64,000 bases of DNA from NCBI GenBank assembly GCA_965112735.1, contig OZ218962.1, positions 3,224,001 through 3,288,000 on the forward strand, in the 5' to 3' direction. Each line of letters opens with the position of its first letter. Position 1 is the first letter of the stretch. The stretch is from Phaeosaccion multiseriatum. Taxonomy: Eukaryota; Protista; Ochrophyta, other classes. The notes beneath the pieces are model-generated. The model ran no database searches. It saw nothing but the letters and a program-made list of their open reading frames with translations, and was not told the origin of the DNA. The translations under genes were made by a program, and so were the position numbers. This document shows, in pieces, positions 56,933 through 64,000 of this stretch.

Positions 56933-59900
56933 CAGGGATGGATGGGGAAAGGGGTGAGGGGGTGAGCTTGCTGACTTGCTCTTACTGACTTGCTCGCAAG
57001 CAGCGACGGAGAGAAGACGCCATACACACGCTTTCAGGAAGGAGGTCGGAATTTGGCTTCAACACATACACACACACTCACGCTCTCTTGCATACAACAC
57101 ACGCGAAGGAAGCGAAGCTCGTACCTCGACATTTGGATGGCAAATGCGTCCTCCGCAGACAGCCCGGCCTTCTTGGCAGCGGCCACCGCCTCGCTCACAG
57201 AGTTCATTCCCTCTCTGCCGTCCGATGCCATCCCGTCCCCGCCCCCTCCCCCAGCCACAGCGGCGCCCGGGCTAGCCCTGGCCTGAGCACCCCCCTGGGG
57301 CTGAGCCTGGGCCTTTTTGGGCTTGGAGATGGCAGCCAACAGGCTCCCTCCGGAGGGGTCCGGCACCTTCCCGCGCAAGTCGTCCACCGGCAGGGCTTGG
57401 GCCGGGGCCTGCTGCTTCTCCGGCGGCTGCGGCTGCACGGGTAGTGGCTTCCTGCCTCCCTCCCGTCTGCTGCTGCTGCTGCCCTCTCTGCTACTGCTGC
57501 CCTCCCGTCTGCTACTGCTGCTGCCGTCTCTGCTGCTGCTGCCCTCTCTGCTACTGCTGCCGGCTGAGGGCTTTGCGATCTCCACGAAGGCCCCCGGGAA
57601 CCAGCCCTTCCTGCCGTTGAGCTCCCCCAGCCCCCAGCCCTTCGCGTTGACGCCCTCGGTCAGCAGGTACAATGTGTCGCCCACCTGCACAATTTGATAC
57701 GACGGAACGAGTGAGCGACTGGCAACGACACAGACGGGTGGCGCACAAAGGCAGCAAGTACAGGACAGAAGGCAGCGGAAGGGCGGCAAAGGCCAGAGAC
57801 AACAACAGACGGACAGCCCACAAGTGTCATATCGATCGAGGGGAGGGGCGCGAGAGAATGGTGCCTCCCCTCCCGTCAGTCGTCACATCCGCAGTCAGCA
57901 GCCTCCCTCCCTCCCTACCCACCTTCAAGGAGAGCTGCTCCGGCCCCTGCTGCTCATACGCGAACTTGACCACAGCCTTGATGGGCTTGGACTTGCGTGA
58001 GCTGCCATCCCTCCTCCGACTAGAACTTGAACTAGAACTACCCCCCCCGCCCCCGCTATTAGAGCCGCCGCTGCCGCCACTGCTGCCGCTGCCGCCCCTT
58101 ACCCTTTCCGCGTCCTCCCCACTCCTTCTACTGCTGCCCCCCTGGCGCTCCTGCCCCTTCTCCCTCCGCTGCTGCCCCTGCAGCTGGCGCAGATTCTCCC
58201 TGTCTTTTTCCGCCGCCTTCTTCTTGTCCCTTTCCTCCTGCGCCGCCTGTCGCTCTCTCTGCCGCTGCTCCTCCCTCGCTGCCGCCAGTTTCTGTTGTTC
58301 CGCCTCATGTTGCTGCTGCTGCCGCTCTGCCCTCTTCCTCTCCTCCTCTTGCTGCTGCTGGCGCTGCTTGTGCTCCATCTCCTGCCTTCTCTTGAGGCGC
58401 TCCGAGAGGAGGAGGCTCTCCGCCTTGAGTCCGTCTTGCAGAGAATTCCGACCTCCTGGAGAGAGAGAGTGAGTGAGTGAGACAAGGGAGAGAGAGATGA
58501 ACAAGAGGGGGGGAGAGAAAGGGACGCCCCCCCCCCCCCTCGCATGCACATACACACACACACACACCAACACCAACACACTCCCTCCCTCCCTCCGACT
58601 CACCGCCTCTGTGCGCGCCTCTCTTTGGCGGAGTGCTGCCCCCGTCTCGAGGGGGAAGGGGTGGAGGGGCCTTTCCCACTACTGCCAGCGTGCTACCGCA
58701 GCGGTCGGGGCTGTCGCCGTGATTGCTAGTGCCCTGGCCGTTGGCCCTATCCTCCAACCCTCCTCCCCGGGGGGGCAGAGGGGGTGGGGGCGAATGCGAC
58801 AAGTCCGCCCCCCTCCCTGCTGGACTCTTGAAGCCTTGCGAGAAGCCTAACCCTAACCGCGAGGGCACCGGCGGCCCTTCCACCCCCCCTCCCCCTCTCT
58901 CTGCGGTGTCGAAGCCGCTGAGAAGGTCCACCTGGGTCGGCCCGGCGGCGGCAGATGGCAGCGTATGACCCGGCCTGGGCTTGGGCGGAGGTGGCGGAGG
59001 GGGGGGTGGGTGCGCGGCGGCCACAGATGACGACGACGAAGAAGACAACAGGTCCACCGGGGGCTGATGTGCGGCTCTGCCCAAGGGCGATCCCGCTCTC
59101 TCTCCGCTTCGCTCTCTGCGGTGCTGCTGCTCCTGCATGGTTTTGTTGTAGGCCGGCGGCGGCGGGCTGGTGCTGTTGCTGGCGGCCCGCTGCCGCTGCT
59201 GTGCCACCATTTGCTGGAGCTGCTGCAGCTGCTGCTTGTCGCCGCTCCTGCCCCGCTCGGCCCTGCCCCCCCTCAGCCCCGGCACCGCCCCGTGCGCCGC
59301 AATAGTGACCGAGTTGTGCCCAGAGGCGGGTGGGATGAGCATCCAGTCGGGCGTCAGCGTCTGCGAGCCGCCGAGGTGTCGCTCTGAGCGGAACATCTCG
59401 TCCATGTCGACTCGGTCTCCCTCGTCGTCGGACACGTCGCTGAGGTCATCGATGTCGTGATCGTCCTCTGAGTCCCTCACGGCCCCGTCGCTGCCCTTTC
59501 CTCTGTCCCCCCCCTCCCCGTCCTTCGCCCCCCTCCCCCCCCCTACAGCCGCCTCATCATCGTCGTCGCTTTCTCCGAAATGGTCGGCGTCTGCCAAGTC
59601 CGCCCCCGGCACGAAGCGAGGCGAAGACGACGCCCCCCCTCCTCCTGCTCCCGCCGCTCCTCCCTCCCCTGCCAGGAGGGTGCTCCTCTGCTTGATGAGG
59701 CCGCTCATCTTCTCCTCCATCCGCAGAGAGCGCAACGCCTCCATCTTGGAGGGGGGTCTGCCCAAGCTGCTGCTGCTCCCCCTCCGCCCCGCCCGACTTC
59801 CCTCCTCGTTGCCCGCTCCGCCCTCCCTCCCTTTGCCTCTCCTGTCCCTGCCCCTGCCTCCTCTTGCCTTGACGCGTCGCCCTCCCTTCCCTTCCTCTCT

Positions 59901-62900
59901 CTCGATGGCATCGTCTGCCCCCCTCGGGTCCTGGAAGCGTTTCATGCTGCTCTCCACAGCGAGGCTGCTCCCCCCCGCCCCGGTCCCCACGGAGCCTCCC
60001 GAGCCGGCCCTCTCTGAAGGCGACCCGTCTCCCCTCGCCCTCCCGGCCACCGATGCATTCACCACCTCTGCCCAGGAAGTCGAGGTCGCTGTCGGTACCG
60101 CTGCCGAGGCTCCCTCCGCCGCCCTGGGGGTTGCCCCGCCCACCTCCCTCCCGCTCTGCAGCAGGCCTGCGATGGCCTCTTGGTTGAAGGGCGTCTCCCG
60201 GGGCAGGGAAGGCACTCGGCACAGGATGTACACCTCCGCCACACCTGGGGATGGCAGCAGACGAGGTGGAGAATGAGAGGAGGAGAAGGTGGAACGTTGC
60301 TCCTAAGCCTAACCGCCTATCCCCCCCACGCGCTTGACTGTCGCTGCAAAACGGACAAAGACACACACACACACCTGCCGCCCTGTCGTAAAAGTCTCTG
60401 AGCACCCCGAGCTGTTCGTTGTACCGCGCGATGAGCTCCACCAGCGAAGGGGAGAGCTCCCTCTGGCCGCGGCTCGCATTCGCTCCACTGTTCGTCCCGT
60501 CGAATTCCACCATGTGCATGAGCAGGCGCGTGGCGGCGTTGACGGTAACGTACGTCTCCTCCACGAGAGGCAGCAGCATGGCGCCTGCCGTGAGCCGTCC
60601 GCTGCCATCCCCCTCCTGCCTGTCGAGCACGAGCCAGGCCTGCCGCTGGGTGGCGAGCATGCTGCCCTGCAGGTCAAGCAGGCGACGTGCCACCTGGGGA
60701 GGGTGGGATGGCAGCAAACGGGGGGGGGCACACAGCAGGCACAAGGGGAGGGGGGCAGGCACGCGTTGAGAGTGGTGCGGGAGGAGTGTGTCGTTTGTGG
60801 CCCTTTGAGCAAAGCAAAACAGACCCTCCCTCCCTTCCGCCCCACACGCCTCTAACCTGCTCTGCTCTTTGGTCATCCCCGAAAACGACCCCCTCTTGCC
60901 CCTCCCCCTGCCCCTCCTCGCCCTCTGCAGCCGCAGCGGCGGGGTTGTGGCCGGAGAAAAACGCCGAGTACTCAGGGTGGTGCTGGTGGAATTGAACCTT
61001 TAGATGCAGAGGCGTATGGGGAGGGACAAGCGCAGTTTGTGAGAGGGCGAGAGAGCGGCGGCGGAATGCGAGCAAAAGGGAGCCCGTCCGTCCGCACAAC
61101 GCACACACAAAACAAACAGACACGCAGAAAGGCCGTTCCTCCGTCCCTCCGTCCCTCCGTCCCTCCGTCACCCCTCACCTTGAGTACCAGCGCCTGGGCG
61201 AATTGCCACACGAGCTGCGCGAAGAGCGGGTCCGTACTGTCCGGCCCGCAGTCCCCGCCCCCCTGGGACGAGGGCCCCTGGGGGCTGCCCCCTCCGCCCC
61301 CCTGGGCATCCCGCGCGCTCCCCGGGTGGTAGTAGGCCCCTCCCCCTCCCGAGCTCCCGGGGTCGCTGTTGTGGCCGCTTCCCCCCAGGCCGGCCGCCTG
61401 AGTCCCCCCTGCTCCCTTCCACATGTCTCCGATCTCCTGCAGCACCCCGCAGTAGGTGGAGCACTCGGCGAGGCAGTGGGGGGGGCCGTGGCGCAGCACC
61501 TTCAAGGTGGTGATGAGGGCCTTGAGGGCCACCACTGATGACTCCGCTAGGGGGCGGTACCGCAGCAGCTGAGGGGATGGCAGTGGAGTGATTTGAGTTT
61601 TAGACGCGGAGGCACTCGCGGTATTGGCGGTAGTGGGGAGTCCGAAGGGATGGCAGTGAATGGGTGGATGGGGACGCAGGTACTTGGGCTTGGCCTGCAC
61701 AGATCATGACATCATTACGTGACCTTACGTACAACGCACCTGGAAGTAAAGGGTCAGTGACAAGTCGCCCTCCCACAGCGCAGCGATTATCATGCGCAGG
61801 TACTTGGCCTTGGGCCCCCCCGGGGACCTGATGGCAGTGGATGCGGAGAGAGGATGGCAGTGGGTGGAGGCAATGAAATGAGTCCGTCCGTAGGGAGTGT
61901 CAAGTATCGAGAGAGTACAGCTCTCTACAGCAGGCCACACGCGCCCCTGTCTGCCGCGACAAGGCGACATGCTTGCACATGGCAGCAATTCAATTCAATT
62001 CAATTCCCTCCTTCTGCCCACCCGGCCGGCAGCGAAACGGTCCTTGTCCTTGCGGTGGCAAGCACTTAGTCCTTACTTATGGCCCAAGATGCCTCTGCCC
62101 TCCCTCGGGCCCTTCCTTGTGCCTCAGCGTCCTTCTCTCCGTGCTTAACTCACTCACTCACTCATTCACTCACTCACTCACTCACTCACTCACCTGCTTG
62201 TGGTCTTGAGCAGCCACAGCTTGTAGCGCTGCTCCCCCCCGAGGAGCTTGTACCACTTGGAGGCAAGCGTCTCCCCCATGCGGTTGCGCCACACCAGAGT
62301 GCCGCCCGCCCTGAGGCCATGAGGTGATGAGGCGAGTGTGTGGAGAAGACATGTGAGGTCAGGACACGCACAGACAGAGACAGACAGACAGACAGACAGG
62401 CAGACAGACAGACGGTACAGAGAGGCAGACAGACGGACAGACAGGCAGATAGACCGGCAGACAGACAGAGACAGGCAGACAGGCAGATTGACACACAGAC
62501 AGACGCCACAGAGAGGCAGACAGACAGACAGACAGCCAGACAAACAGACAGACAGATAGACCGGCAGACAGACAGATAGACAGACAGACAGACAGACAGA
62601 CCCGGCGCCCTGCATCCACCGCACCCACCTGGGCATGCTGTTGACGCCGCTCCTGCCGAGAGAGTCTCCGCTGCCCAGCGTCGGCACATCCCGCGTTGGC
62701 GTCAGCCCCCCCCCGCCGGGGTACTGTTGCTGCCCATATGACTCTCCGAGGGGGCTCGGCGCGCGCTCGCTGCCGGTGCGCACCGTCTGGAAGTCTACGG
62801 CCTGCCCCTGCCCATATGCCTGCTGCAGCTCCTTGGCCCCGTTGCCCCTCCCATCCCCGCCGCCTTTGGGGAAGTGAAAGGCCTTCTCCTCGTCCTTGTA

Positions 62901-64000
62901 CTCCTCCCCCTGTGGCCAGTGCTGCAGCGCCCCGCTCCTATGCATCTCCACGCAGCGGTGCCACACCTTACGTAACGGCACATGTAAACAGAGCATTGCT
63001 CAGGTATGTCTCTGCCGTTGCTCTCTCACAAACACACACACACATTCCTTGGCACGCTCGCAAGCACCACACGCACGCACTCACCTCGCTGCACGTGGGC
63101 CTCTCATCCGGGTTGGAGGTGAGGCACAGCTGCATGAGCTCGGCCACCCCCCGGGAGTATCCGCCCCCCTCGGGCACCTTGTCCTCCTTGCTGAAGCCCC
63201 CGAGGATGCCCTGCGCGCCCCCCCTGACGCTTCCGTGGCGGTCCTCGAAGGGCGTGCGGTGGAAGCAGAGCTCGAAGAGAAGCACTCCGAGGGCCCAAAT
63301 GTCCACCTTCTCGGACACTTTGAAGCCCTGGTACAGGTCCACCTGGAGAGCCATACGGGTAGGGCAAAACGCTTTTAGACAGGAAAACTGAAAATTGCAT
63401 CGCATTGACAACGGACGAGCGCTCGCCCCCCCGCCTGTGCCCGCCCATATGCCCGCCCATACGCGCCCACAGGTCCGCGGTAAGCACACACATGGCGCCC
63501 TCAACTCCCCTAATGCCATACGCCTCTAACCTGCTCCGGCGCCCTGTAGGCCGGTGTGGTGTGTCTCCGGATGTCCTCCTTGGCGGCCTCCACCTGTCCG
63601 GGCCGTGTCCAGTCCCCCAGACAGGCGTGCGTGGTGCTGCAGCTGCTGAAGTCGCAGAGCTTGACGGCCCCGTCGTGCGCAAGCAGCAAGTTGGACACCT
63701 TGAGGTCTCTGTGCGCGATGGGCGGGTCTTGGCTGTGCAGGTGCTGCAGGGCCGAGAGCGCCTCTCGGAAGATGCGCAGCACCTCTGCTTCCTTCAAGCC
63801 GCTGCCGCCGCCCTCTACTGAGCGGCGTAGCTTGGCGAGCACGCTGGAGGGGGTGCAGAGATGGATGGGGGAGGGGGAGAGATGGAAGGATAGCGAGACG
63901 AGAGAGAGAGAGAGAGAGAGGAAAACAGAGAGCGAGAAAGAGAGGGAGGCACAGAAAAGAGCGAGCACAGTCAAATCCAAATATCATGACAAAGAGCATG
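55472..64000 (-). CDS. Dual-kinase protein: NAK (AAK1/GAK-like) kinase - ANTH (Sla2/HIP1-like) - Pro-rich/coiled coil - SH3 - TKL kinase; 5' end outside the window
   Basis: 16 phase-consistent exons. NAK: PPIAHRDLKVSNLLL, KLCDFSS, TTPAYRAPEQ|VDLY, KVDIWALG. ANTH: LKTTS|RSPGGPKAKYLR, VALKALITTLKVLRHGP, LK|VQFHQHHPEY, VPSLP. SH3: AVVKFAYEQQGPEQLSLK|VGD..GWFP. TKL: LGAGAFALV, VAVKKL, HRDLKSLN, DFGLSR, GTYHWMAPE. Confidence 0.85.

Overview
This is GC-rich, intron-dense eukaryotic DNA, probably from an ochrophyte (stramenopile) alga. That assignment is inferred from bipartite signal/transit-type leaders on Z-ISO (THG|FAV) and RsmI (SRA|W) and from the presence of a selenoprotein. Gene models were built by hand-splicing and checking intron phases. 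In order they are: an atypical Rab-like GTPase (-, 3' truncated), a CRAL-TRIO-like protein (+), zeta-carotene isomerase Z-ISO (-), intronless F-box-like/FNIP protein 1 (+), a PPR-RIO kinase fusion (+), a small membrane ORF (+), selenoprotein O with an in-frame UGA and a SECIS carrying a very long apical stem (+), FNIP protein 2 (+), RsmI (-), an ODC homolog lacking the PLP-binding residues (+), a WD40 protein (+), a 14-kb ARM-repeat gene (-), and a NAK kinase-ANTH-SH3-TKL kinase gene (-, 5' truncated). The most striking non-coding signal is a polarised intron grammar. Two motif families (GGATGGCAGT/ACTGCCATCC and AGAGGCRTATGGG/CCCATAYGCCTCT) sit G-form after donors and reverse-complement form before acceptors in genes on both strands. 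Donor, branch-point and acceptor sequences are also tandemly amplified. No tRNA, rRNA, CRISPR array or transposase was recognised.
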